A stretch of 64,000 nt of DNA from Macrostomum hystrix (lineage: Eukaryota; Animalia; Platyhelminthes): NCBI GenBank assembly GCA_950097015.1, contig CATNEN010000008.1:744001-808000 (forward strand). Direction: 5' to 3'. The notes below the pieces were generated by a model. It ran no database searches. It was not told the origin of the DNA and worked only from the letters and a program-made list of their open reading frames with translations. Every line of letters starts with the position of its first letter. Position 1 is the stretch's first letter. This document shows positions 12,286-24,200 of this stretch, one piece after another. The position numbers and the translations under genes are program-made.

Positions 12286-15200
12286 TCAATTCTCCGTCTT
12301 CAATGAGTGCCGCCTGCTGCTCCATGGAGTCTGCAGTTTGACGCGCGTGAATCTGTGCAGGAATAGCTCCAGCTGGCGCAGGGTCAACGAGTTGTGCAGC
12401 GTCTCCAGTGGGAAAATCTCCGGCACGCAGGGCGCCGTGTCCAAGCGCGACTGGCCGACTGCTTCCAGTTCGTCGTCATCCGCCAGGCTGTCTTCGGACT
12501 CTGCCGCTGCCGCCGCTGAAGCAGTAGCCGCCGCAGCGGCTGCAGCTGCCGCTTCGTCCAGCTCCGCTTCTAAACTAGTCAGCGTCAATTGTTCATTGTT
12601 GGTGTCGGACAAAGACGACTCTTGCTGTTGGTCTTGATCCTGCTGCTGCTTATGCCGAGGCGACGGAGACTTCTCGGGCGTGAGCAAATCAGCCGAATTA
12701 GACCGAGCACTTGAGTCCGGGTGAGTCTGCTGCAGCTGCGGGTCCGAGCGGCCGGACCGGATCAGATTGGTGGAGAACAGGTGCTGGGCCGAGGGCTTGG
12801 CTGCAATTCCAGGCATTTGGTTTCAGGCATTTATAAATTCTGCCCATTCCACTCATCCCTAAGCACACACGCGCACACATGTGTGTAATAAAGTAAAGTA
12901 TGAGCTAATTTGCGCCTATTTTACTTTAGTACGGATTCGAGCTCGGGTACCTTGGTGGGAGATTTGGATTCGTCAGAGCGGCCACCCAGTCCCAATTATT
13001 TTTCTTCTTTGTCTCTTTTTAAAATAATTCATTACACCTGCCCCAATTGGGCCAGATGTGCAGCCGACAGCACAGCCGCAGCTATTGCGCGGCGCATCTG
13101 AAGGCTGCGTTCGGCTCTTCAGTCCATGGACTGGGGAGGACGCCACAATCACCCTCAATTAACCCAGCTAACGCAGGTAGCCATTTAACAGCTGGGTCAA
13201 CTGAAGCAATGCAGAGCTAATTGTCTTGCTAGAAGACATAAATTGTTCCAGTGGAGTCCGGAATCGAACCCTCGAACTTCAAGTCGTGAGTCCGAGGCTA
13301 AAACCTCCCATTCTAAAAGCAGCATAGAGAGCAGAGTCGACCCGGACCCACCCGGCATCAGAGCCTTGAAGTTGATGCAGCCAAAGATTCTGCGAAAGTC
13401 CTGCGAGCCGTGATAAGTGTCGTAGGCGCTGGGCCCGACTGGGCCGGCCGCGTCAAACTGTTCGGCGCACTCTGCCGGAGTCTCGCAGCCGCTGCGATGA
13501 TCGGCGGTGGTCGACGCCTCCGACCAGGAGTTCTGGCGCGGCCGGCTGGCCAGATCTGAGTCGCCTGGCAGTGAGAAGAGGGTGAGACGGAGAGGGTGAG
13601 GTGTGTGTGTGTGTGAGTGTGTGTGAGTGTGTGTGTGAGTGTGTGGGAGAGTGCGTGTGTGAGTGTGTGGGAGAGTGTGTGGGAGAGTGTGTGGGAGTGT
13701 GTGGGAGAGTGTGTGGGAGAGTGTGAATGGAGAGGGTGGGATATAGAGGCTGATGTAGGGGGCAGGCGAAACGGCACTGTCCCGCTTTCCTCACCTGAGT
13801 GTTTCGCTGTCTTGGTGCCGCCGCGTCGCCTGCCAGACGTTGAGCGGTCGCGGTCGATCTGCCGCCGTGGGCTGTCCTGGCTGCTGCCGCTGCCTTCCAT
13901 GCGGCTTGTCGGCGTGGCAGCTTCTCCGTCGCCTCCGCCGCCGATGCCGGCTTCGACAGCCGCCGTCGTTGACGCTGGCGCCGGAGACGACGATGGCTGC
14001 TGACGCTGCTCAAAAGACGCTGACGTAGACGCACCAGCCGACGCCGACGATGACGAAGGTGGCAGCGACATCTCGAAGCGCCCAACCATCTGCAGAGGCG
14101 CTGAGTTTGTTGCCGCTGTTGGCAGCGCAGCCGATGACGACGATTTCGACGGCGTGGTGGCCGCGGAGGCGTCGGATTGGCCGCCAGCTGGGGACGGCGC
14201 GTCTGTAAAGGTGGCGCTGCGTGGTGTGGAACAGACGCTGTGGTCCGTGTCCGACTCGCTGGGTACCTGGGATGGCGGGGGCAGAGCACAATCGCATATT
14301 CGGTCTGTCACTCATCAGTGAGATCTGTCAACCTAATCAATCCTTATTTATTTAGCCTTCAAGTCTGGTCTTCAAGTCTTCGGCCAGTCACTCTCCCCGA
14401 GTCTGTCACTATCCCCGAGTCTGTCACTCTCCCCGAGTCTGTCACTCTCCCCGAGTCTTTCACTCTCCCCGAGTCCGTCACTCCCCGAGTCTTTCACTAT
14501 CACCGTGTCTCCTACTTAAGTGTGTCAGTCTCCGGAAAGCAAAATCGACTGCTTTTCATATTCTCACCTGAGAATTTCCAGCACTGGTCTGAGTTTTTCC
14601 GCCGCGTTTTCCGCCGCCGCTTCCGTGAGCGCTGCCTGACTTCGGTCGAAATCCACCGCCGAATTTTCCGCTGCCGCTAAGATTTAAGGGTGGCGGCGGC
14701 TGATGCTGATGCTGATGCTGATGATGATGATGATTCTGATGCAGATGCTGAAGATGCTGATGCTGATACTGCGGCAAAGGCTCGGGATTGACTGAGCCAG
14801 GTGAGAAGTGCAGCTCAACGTGGAACCGATTCTCAGAGCCGAGCTCCTGCTGGGGATTCTCATAGATCATGAAGACAATCTGGGTGAGGTAGTTGAGTTC
14901 CGGCACTGAGTCGCAGTACTCCATGGCGCGGGCCCATTGCGAATCCTTAGCCGGATCGATGAGGCCGCCAAATCTGAGCACGGTGAGCAGCGAGTGGATG
15001 TGCGACTCCGAGGTGAAGTACAGGCGGGTGCGAACGAATCTTTCGGGCGACGAAACGTCCAGAGAGTAACTGAAGTAAGGAAAGTAAGTGAATGGGGTGA
15101 GGCGGTGAATGCTTTGTGCCGCAGCCACAGAACGTGGCTTTTCATGCCTTACAAAAGAGCAAAACTGGCTGGCAATTTTTAATTCAAGCTTTCACGGGCG

Positions 15201-18200
15201 GAGAAGAACGAAGCTTGGAGATGAAATATAACGATTCCTACAGGAACCTCTACTGTGTACTCTGCGCATGCTAGCTTTTATATTTCATCAGGAAGGGAGA
15301 GCATTACAAACATAGGACACATTGTAAACTAAATTACATTCCTAAATCTTTAAAAGTGCGCAAATTAAAAGACATTTCGTTTTAAAAAATGCACTAAATT
15401 CACAGCAGATACGTGATCATTAATAAACCCAGTTAATTTGGAGATAATAGCTAGTGGGAACAAAGACTCAGTCCGACTGACTAAAATTATATATAAATGA
15501 GAACAAAGATTTATTTGCTGGACTGACAAAGATTGGATATCACTGGGAACAAAGACTCAATTGAAGGACTGACAAAGATTGGATATCACTGGGAACAAAG
15601 ACTCAATTGAAGGACTGAAAAGATTGGATATCACTGGGAACAAAGACTCAATTGTAGGACTGACAAAGATCGGATATCACTGGAACAAAGACTCAATCGG
15701 CAGACATACAAATTTGGGTGTCAATCAAAACAAAGACCTCAGTGTCAGACTGACGAAGCTGTAGCTTGTGGGAACAAAGAGTTGTGAATCTGACACAACT
15801 TAGTCGTGTATTAAAAATACAGTTAAATGCAATTAATATAATAAATAGTATTTTAGCGCGGATCAAAACACTCAAAAACTGAATTCTTCTCTTCCAAAAA
15901 GACGCATCAATCAATCAACACAGCATGACAGCAATTTTTCGTAAAACTAACACCTTGCAGAAGCGAATTAATTATCTCTGTAATCTACTTACGATAAGTA
16001 GTCTAACTCATCTGGGGTCATCAGGTCTTCTGACATACTGTAAATTTGAGAAGTTGTCGGTCAAATGCTATCGGCTATTGAGCATTGCATAATTATTCTC
16101 TCCTTATCTCTCTCAAAATAAAAAGCAAATTCCGCCATGCTACAAACAGACTTCAACATCTCTAACACTTTACAAACGAAGACCAAATCTCACCCTCTCA
16201 AGAGATCAACTTCAAAATCTCACCCTCTCAAGACATCAACTTCAAAATCTCACCCTCTCAAGAGACCAACTTCGAAATCTCATACTCTCAAGAGACCAAC
16301 TTCGAAATCTCATACTCTCAAGAGATCAACTTCAAAATCTCATACTCTCAAGAGATCAACTTCAAGATCTCATACTCTCAAGAGATCAACTTCAAAATCT
16401 CACCCTCTCAAGAGATCAACTTCAAAATCTCATACTCTCAAGAGATCAACTTCAAAATCTCATACTCTCAAGAGATCAACTTCAAAATCTCACCCTCTCA
16501 AGAGATCAACTTCAAAATCTCATACTCTCAAGAGATCAACTTCAAAATCTCATACTCTCAAGAGATCAACTTCGAAATCTCAAACTCTCAAGAGATCAAC
16601 TTCGAAATCTCAACTCTCAAGAGACCAACTTCAAAATCTCATACTCTCAAGAGATCAACTTCAAAATCTCACCCTCTCAAGAGATCAACTTCAAAATCTC
16701 ATACTCTCAAGAGATCAACTTCAAGATCTCATACTCTCAAGAGATCAACTGCAAAATCTCATACTCTCAAGAGATCAACTGCAAAATCTCAAACTCTCAA
16801 GAGATCAACTTCAAAATCTCACCCTCTCAAGAGATCAACTTTAAAATCTCAAACTCTCAAGAGATCAACTGCAAAATCTCATACTCTCAAGAGATCAACT
16901 GCAAAATCTCAAACTCTCAAGAGATCAACTTCAAAATCTCATACTCTCAAGAGATCAACTTCAAAATCTCATACTCTCAAGAGATCAACTTCAAAATCTC
17001 ATACTCTCAAGAGATCAACTTCGAAATCTCAACTCTCAAGAGATCAACTTCAAAATCTCATACTCTCAAGAGATCAACTTCGAAATCTCATACTCTCAAG
17101 AGATCAACTTCAAAATCTCATACTCTCAAGAGATCAACTTCAAAATCTCACCCTCTCAAGACATCAACTTCAAAATCTCACCCTCTCAAGAGATCAACTT
17201 CGAAATCTCATACTCTCAAGAGATCAACTTCAAAATCTCATACTCTCAAGAGATCAACTTCAAAATCTCATACTCTCAAGAGATCAACTTCAAAATCTCA
17301 TACTCTCAAGAGATCAACTTCAAAATCTCATACTCTCAAGAGATCAACTTCAAAATCTCATACTCTCAAGAGATCAACTTCAAAATCTCATACTCTCAAG
17401 AGATCAACTTCAAAATCTCATACTCTCAAGAAATAAACTTCGAAATCTTAAACTCTCAAGAAATAAACTTCTAAATCTCATACTCTCAAGAGATCAACTT
17501 GAAAATCTCATACTCTCGAGAGATCAACTTCAAAATCTCATACTCTGAAGAGATCAACTTCGAAATCTCAAACTCTCAAGAGATCAACTTCAAAATCTCA
17601 TACTCTCAAGAGATCAACTACAAAATCTCATACTCTCGAGAGATCTACTACAAAATCTCATACTCTCAAGAGATCAACTTCAAAATCTCATACTCTCAAG
17701 AGATCAACTTCAAAATCTCATACTCTCGAGAGATCTACTACAAAATCTCATACTCTCATTGTCTAAAATGTCAAATTGAGAGAATCCAGGAAAGATCAAC
17801 TGGCAGCAGCATGAGTTAGCATCCAGATTGAAAGCTGGGACTCACGCGGTATTCAGCCGGGTACTGCAGCAGTCGTCCACATCAAGGATGCTAGTGTACT
17901 GCGTATCAGCCAGAATCTTCTTTAACAGCGGAGTGCAGATTCTCTGAGCAATGACCAGCTTCTCATCCCGGGTGATGCCGTACTCGCTAGGCACAACAAT
18001 GTCGGCCATGCTCCGGGCCATCAAGTACAGTCTCCAGGCGTCATCTAGATCCTGCAGCACCCGGTCGTTGTGCATCAAATCGTATTTGATATTATCGTAG
18101 ATGTCTGGCACCTTTGAGAATACGAATTGGCCGTTATTGTTGCCCAGGCGGAAGTCTTTGACCAGTTTGCGCCACCTCTGCAGCGCCATATCCCAGGTCT

Positions 18201-21200
18201 CGTCGTGGTACAACTGCTGGCTAGCCCAGTAGGGGTCTTTGGCTCGCTTCTCCAGGCGATCGCAGATGGCGTGCATGCAGGCGTGCATCTTGCAGCAGGT
18301 GCGAGCCGGGTTCCCAATCTGGTACATGGCCTGCAGCAGTGAGGCTGTGCGGTCCGGGGCCAGCTGCTTGGCGTCCGACTCCGTCCAGCACCGGTCGACC
18401 TCCAGGGAGGCCTGCGTGGCGACGAATCAGAGAGTGATTTTTATGCGGACTTTATCAATCAATCAACAAAATAGAAATACTACGGAGTATTTCAGCTTCA
18501 ATCACAGTCAATAGTTATAGCCGTGACATAACATGATGAAATTTAGTGAGCAGAAAAATTAGGATTAGTAAAATATTAATTAGAGCATAGGACTTCCGAC
18601 TGAGAGGTCAGGAGTTCGATGCCCAGATAGAGTGAAAACAATTTGTGTGCTTGTCCTTGTCTATTTTTTAATGCAGAGGATTAGTCTGTGGTTATTAATT
18701 TACTGAAGTAAATAGTAAGGGATTAGGAAGATGGGACTTGATAGGCTAATTAAAATTAATCGATCACACCTGCCACGATTAGGGCCAGATGTGCAGCCGA
18801 CAGCACAGCCGCAGCTATTGTGCGGCGCATCTGAAGGCTGCGTACGGCTGTTCAGTCCATGGACTGGGGGGGACGCCACACGCACCCCAATTACTCCACC
18901 TAATGGCGGTACCCATCTAACAGCTGGGTGAACTGAAGTAAGTGCAGAGTTAGTGTCTTGCTAAAGGACACAAATTGTTCCAGTGGAGTCGGGAATCGAA
19001 CCCCCGACGTTAAAGTCGCGAGTCAGACACTCTAACAACTAGGCTACAACCCCTCGCAACCCCTGCCAAATTAGATTGCCAAAATCAGTCTCACCTTGAT
19101 TTTCTCCTTCACCACCGCCATGTACTGCGTGGCGTCATTGTCAGAGTCCAATAGGCCATTGGTGTGGGCCGACTTCACCATCTGGACCAATATGGGCGTC
19201 AGCGGACCCTCTAGGTCCAAGAAGCCCTTGGCGAAGGCGGCCGCCGTTGTCTGTACCCGACCTTCAGTCGCTGGCGTAGATTTTCAAATCGTGCCGATAG
19301 GTGGAGTGCAGCCGCAGCAGGCCCAGGCCGTCCTTCTGCGAGTAGCTCTCGCCGCCCGGGTAGATCACCCTGCGCCGCGAGTGGGGAGGGGACGGCGCTG
19401 AGATCGGACTGGACAAGTTAGAGCAATGGCACCACTAACTGGAATATGAGCTCCAAGGGGTGAGGGGGCAGGAGATGGGAGAAGGGAAGAAAGGGGAAAT
19501 GGGAAGAGGGGAGAAGGGAAAAAAGGGGAGAAGGGAAGAGGGAGAATGGAAGAAAGGGGAGAAGGGAAGAGAGGGAAGAAGGGAAGAGCGGAAAGAAGGG
19601 AAGAGCGGGAAGAAGGGAAGAGCGGGAAGAAGGGAAGAAAGGGGAGAAGGGAAAAAAGGGGAGAATGGAAGAAAGGGGAAATGGGAAGAGGGGAGAAGGG
19701 AAAAAAGGGGAGAAGGGAAGAGGGAGAATGGAAGAAAGGGGAGAAGGGAAGAGAGGGAGAAGGGAAGAAAGGGGAGAAGGGAAGAGAGGGAGAATGGAAG
19801 AAAGGGGAGAAGGGAAGAGAGGGGAGAAGGGAAGAGAGGGGAGAAGGGAAGAGAGGGAAGAAGGGAAGAGAACAGCGTAGAAGAGAAGGAAGGGGGAAAA
19901 TGAAGAAAAGAGGAGAATCTTCTCCATTTTCCTCTAATCAGGTGAACAGAGACAAAGAAAAAAAACAGTTTTTTCTAAAGTTAAGAATCGAGCTATCGAC
20001 CTCTCGCTTAGAATTCCGAAGTTCCAACCACTGAGATTCAAGCTCCCCAGACAAAAACAGAGACAATAAATTAACTGTACAATGAAAATTACAAAAAAGT
20101 TGCGACATTGCAACATTACATTGATCAGGGTAGGTACACAAAAAACTCCTTTAACCCTCACCTGAACGCCCTGCCGAGCTTCTCCGCCTGAGAGCGACCT
20201 TCGTCCGTGAGTTCTCCGCCCCACTTAAGCACAAGCAGCAGGTGGCCGGTGTCCCTAGAGGCCGGCTCAGGCGGGTCTGTCATCGATTCGTGGCCCTTCT
20301 TTGGCGTGAACTTTAGCTGCGCTTTCCGGTTGATTCCGCTGAAGTGGCCGTACATCTCCAGAACCTGCCTGACCTGCTTCAGCTTGATGCGATTCTCCTT
20401 GATGCCGTGGTGATGAGGACTCTCAGCGATTACCTGCAGCAGGTCGCGAACCACGTTTAGCAGGTCCTGCATCACCGTCGGCTTTTTCAGCTTGGCCTCA
20501 GTGGGTGTCACTCGGTGACGGTTGAATAGGCTAAAAAATTGGCCGTGGAACACCTCCACCTTCACCTGCAATCGAAGCCGTCAAAAACAGAGGCAGAGAA
20601 GTGTTAAAGTTACTCTTGCAACTTTAAGCTCTAACGTCCATCTCTCAAATCAAATGCGCTACTTTTAGGCTTTTCACACTTACACAGCGAGAGTCTGTCA
20701 GTTTTTCATACCCTTGAAACACCCGCCTCCTCAATTTTGTGCCAGCCAGCCAGTCAGTTTTTCACACTCTAGAAACACCCGCCTCCTCAATTTTGTGCCA
20801 GCCAGCCAGTCAGTTTTTCACACCCTCGAAACACCCGCCTCCTCAATTTTGTGCCTGCCACAGTCAGTTTTTCACACTCTAGAAACACCCGCCTCCTCAA
20901 TTTTGTGCCTGCCACAGTCAGTTTTTCACACCCTCGAAACACCCGCCTCCTCAATTTTGTGCCTGCCACAGTCAGTTTTTCACACTCTAGAAACACCCGC
21001 CTCCTCAATTTTGTGCCTGCCACAGTCAGTTTTTCACACCCTCGAAACACCCGCCTCCTCAATCCTGCGCCAACCAGTTAGTTTTTCACACCTTTGCAAC
21101 ATCCACCCCCCAATCCCGGGCGACTTTAAGTCACTTCACACCCGAGGAGCAAAAATATAGTTTACCTTTTGCTTCGGCGTCCTGTCTCCGTGTCGAATAA

Positions 21201-24200
21201 CGGCGATAACGCACCGCAATTCCATTACGGTGCCAAACGTGGTTCTTATCAGCGGCGGCTTATCCATCTTCGGGTAGTTAATAGAGAGAGATAGCGAAGG
21301 CGCTATAGCCGAAGTGACCATAACGCCTAGCATGAAGGCGCAATCGTCGTAGTACTTCTTTGAGCTTTTGACGAAACTGAATCCATTAACATCGCACACA
21401 TAAGAGACACCGTTGGCTCTGAGCAAATCAAAGCCGCACACATTCTGATTAAAAGCTTCCACAACCTTCTTGGCTATGATTTTTTCCTTGGCGGACAGGA
21501 TGATTGGGTAGCGCATCTCCTTGCCCTCCGGATCGCGCTCGACTTTGCCGTCCAGAGCCGGCGATTTGCGCGCTTCAGCGTGGGCGTAGTCCTTGCCGAT
21601 GGCGTACACCTGCGGGGCGACATAGCTCATGCTAGAGACTATTGACTTTAGACCATAGACCTTAGACCATAGAACTTAGACCATACGTACACCATACATC
21701 ATAGACTATAAACCATGACCATAGGCTTTTCTCACAATATTTTCTTAACCTAACTTTTAAGCCTTATCTAGCGAGATCCAGTATTTCTCGCACTTCTCTG
21801 TTAAATAAGTTCTCATGACATTTATTTCCTGTATATTTTTTTGAAAAAGCAAGATAAGATCAAATCAGAGCTAAAGAAAATGACAGCCGAAACCTGAACT
21901 AACCAGATCTCTGAATTTCAAGGCCATATTGTTAGCGGAAACAGCGATTCAAAGCCATGACCTTTTATTTAAGGTCAGAGAACTGAAGCTAATTAAATGT
22001 CATTTTATGAAACTTGAGCATTTCATAGCATTATAAGAAGGAGATCAGAGAATTTTGAGAAGGGGATCGGAACATTATGGGGGGCCATAAGGGGCCATAT
22101 TAAGGGGGCCAGAGCATTATCAGAAAGGCATCAGTGCATTATGAGAAGGGATCAGAAAATAATGAGAAGGGGATCAGTGCACTATGAGAAGGGATCAGTG
22201 AATTATGAGAAGGGATCATGGAGCATTATGAGAAGGGGATCATAGGAGCATTATGAGAAGGGGATCATGGAGCATTATGAGAAGGGGATCATGGAGCATT
22301 ATGAGAAGGGGATCATGGAGCATTATGAGAAGGGGATCATGGAGCAATATAAGAAGGGAATACAGAGCATTATGAGAAAGACCAGAGCAATTAGAGAAGG
22401 GATCAGAGTGAAAAACAATGCGGTAGCCAACCTTAACATCCGTTCCATCGGTAGGCATGAAGTCCTCGTACACGTAGCTGCCATGGTTGCGCACCCGACT
22501 ATCGCTGTGGTAGGTGCTGCTTCTGTCGCCGATTTTTCGAAACAGCCTCACGGAGCCGCCGCCGGCGGAGCTGGGGAAATAAATATGGATGTTGTGGTCC
22601 TCGGCGTCTAGCGGCTTCTCCACGAACGGCTTCTGGAAGTTGACGCCGTTGACACAGATGCTGTCGTCCTGTTCAACAAGGCCCGGGATGCCAGACGATG
22701 AATCGTCGGCATCCGACGACCAACTGAAGACTGCGTGCCGAACAACGGGAATGTCGCGCTCCTGAAGTACACGGTAGACCTTCTGCCGGTCCATTAGGGT
22801 GTACTGGGACCGCAGATCGTTCACTAGATAGGGCTTGTGCAGATCGGCGTATCTGCAGACATTTTGGTGGACAGGATGGAATGAGGTGAGAGACAAGTTC
22901 TTGTGACTCTAAGTGAAGGAAAAGTCTGGGGAGTGAGGTGTTAAGGTCAGTGGTGTGAGGTGTTAAGGTCAGGAGTGTGAGGTGCTAAGGTCAGGGGTGT
23001 GAGGTGCTAAGGTCAGGGGTGTGAGGTGCTAAGGTCAGGGGTGTGAGGTGCTAAGGTCAGGGGTGTGAGGTGCTAAGGTCAGGGGTGTGAGGTGCTAAGG
23101 CCAGTGGTGTGAGGTGCTAAGGTCAGGGGTGTGAGGTGCTAAGGTCAGGGGTGTAAGGTGTTAAGGTCAGTGGTGTGAGGTGTTAAGGTCAGGGGTGTGA
23201 GGTGTTAAGGTCAGGGGTGTGAGGTGTTAAGGTCAGTGGTGTGAGGTGTTAAGGTCAGGGGTGTGAGGTGTTAAGATCAGGGGTGTGAGGTGCTAAGGTC
23301 AGTGGTGTGAGGTGCTAAGGTCAGTGGTGTGAGGTGTTAAGGTCAGTGGTGTGAGGTGTTAAGGTCAGGGGTGTGAGGTGCTAAGGTCAGGGGTGTGAGG
23401 TGTTAAGGTCAGGGGTGTGAGGTGTTAAGGTCAGGGGTGTGAGGTGCTAAGGTCAGGGGTGTGAGGTGCTAAGGTCAGTGGTGTGAGGTGTTAAGGTCAG
23501 TGGTGTGAGGTGTTAAGGTCAGTGGTGTGAGGTGTTAAGGTCAGTGGTGTGAGGTGTTAAGGTCAGTGGTGTGAGGTGTTAAGGTCAGTGGTGTGAGGTG
23601 TTAAGGTCAGTGGTGTGAGGTGCTAAGGTCAGTGGTGTGAGGTGTTAAGGTCAGTGGTGTGAGGTGTTAAGGTCAGTGGTGTGAGGTGCTAAGGTCAGGG
23701 GTGTGAGGTGTTAAGGTCAGGGGTGTGAGGTGTTAAGGTCAGGAGTGTGAGGTGCTAAGGTCAGGGGTGTGAGGTGCTAAGGTCAGTGGTGTGAGGTGTT
23801 AAGGTCAGTGGTGTGAGGTGCTAAGGTCAGGGGTGTGAGGTGTTAAGGTCAGGGGTGTGAGGTGTTAAGGTCAGGAGTGTGAGGTGCTAAGGTCAGGGGT
23901 GTGAGGTGTTAAGGTCAGGGGTGTGAGGTGCTAAGGTCAGGGGTGTGAGGTGTTAAGGTCAGTGGTGTGAGGTGCTAAGGTCAGGGGTGTGAGGTGTTAA
24001 GGTCAGGGGTGTGAGGTGTTAAGGTCAGGAGTGTGAGGTGCTAAGGTCAGGGGTGTGAGGTGTTAAGGTCAGGGGTGTGAGGTGCTAAGGTCAGGGGTGT
24101 GAGGTGTTAAGGTCAGGGGTGTGAGGTGTTAAGGTCAGGAGTGTGAGGTGCTAAGGTCAGTGGTGTGAGGTGTTAAGGTCAGTGGTGTGAGGTGTTAAGG

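Noticed and set aside
12122-12325. 67-aa ORF as an alternative PPIP5K C-terminus
   Set aside because: The main frame continues the conserved PLETLHN..FT..QTP pattern to a stop followed by AATAAA.
16137-17819. 235-aa and 106-aa repeat ORFs ([10 protein letters not shown])
   Set aside because: The 30-bp tandem repeat is antisense within a PPIP5K intron. The open frame follows from a unit length divisible by 3.
18960-19052. tRNA gene candidates at SINE heads (also 6185, 13260, 32580)
   Set aside because: No complete cloverleaf or acceptor stem; each runs into a SINE body.
19418-20034. Lys/Glu/Gly-rich and Phe/Pro/Ser-rich ORFs
   Set aside because: They come from a polypurine low-complexity intron tract.
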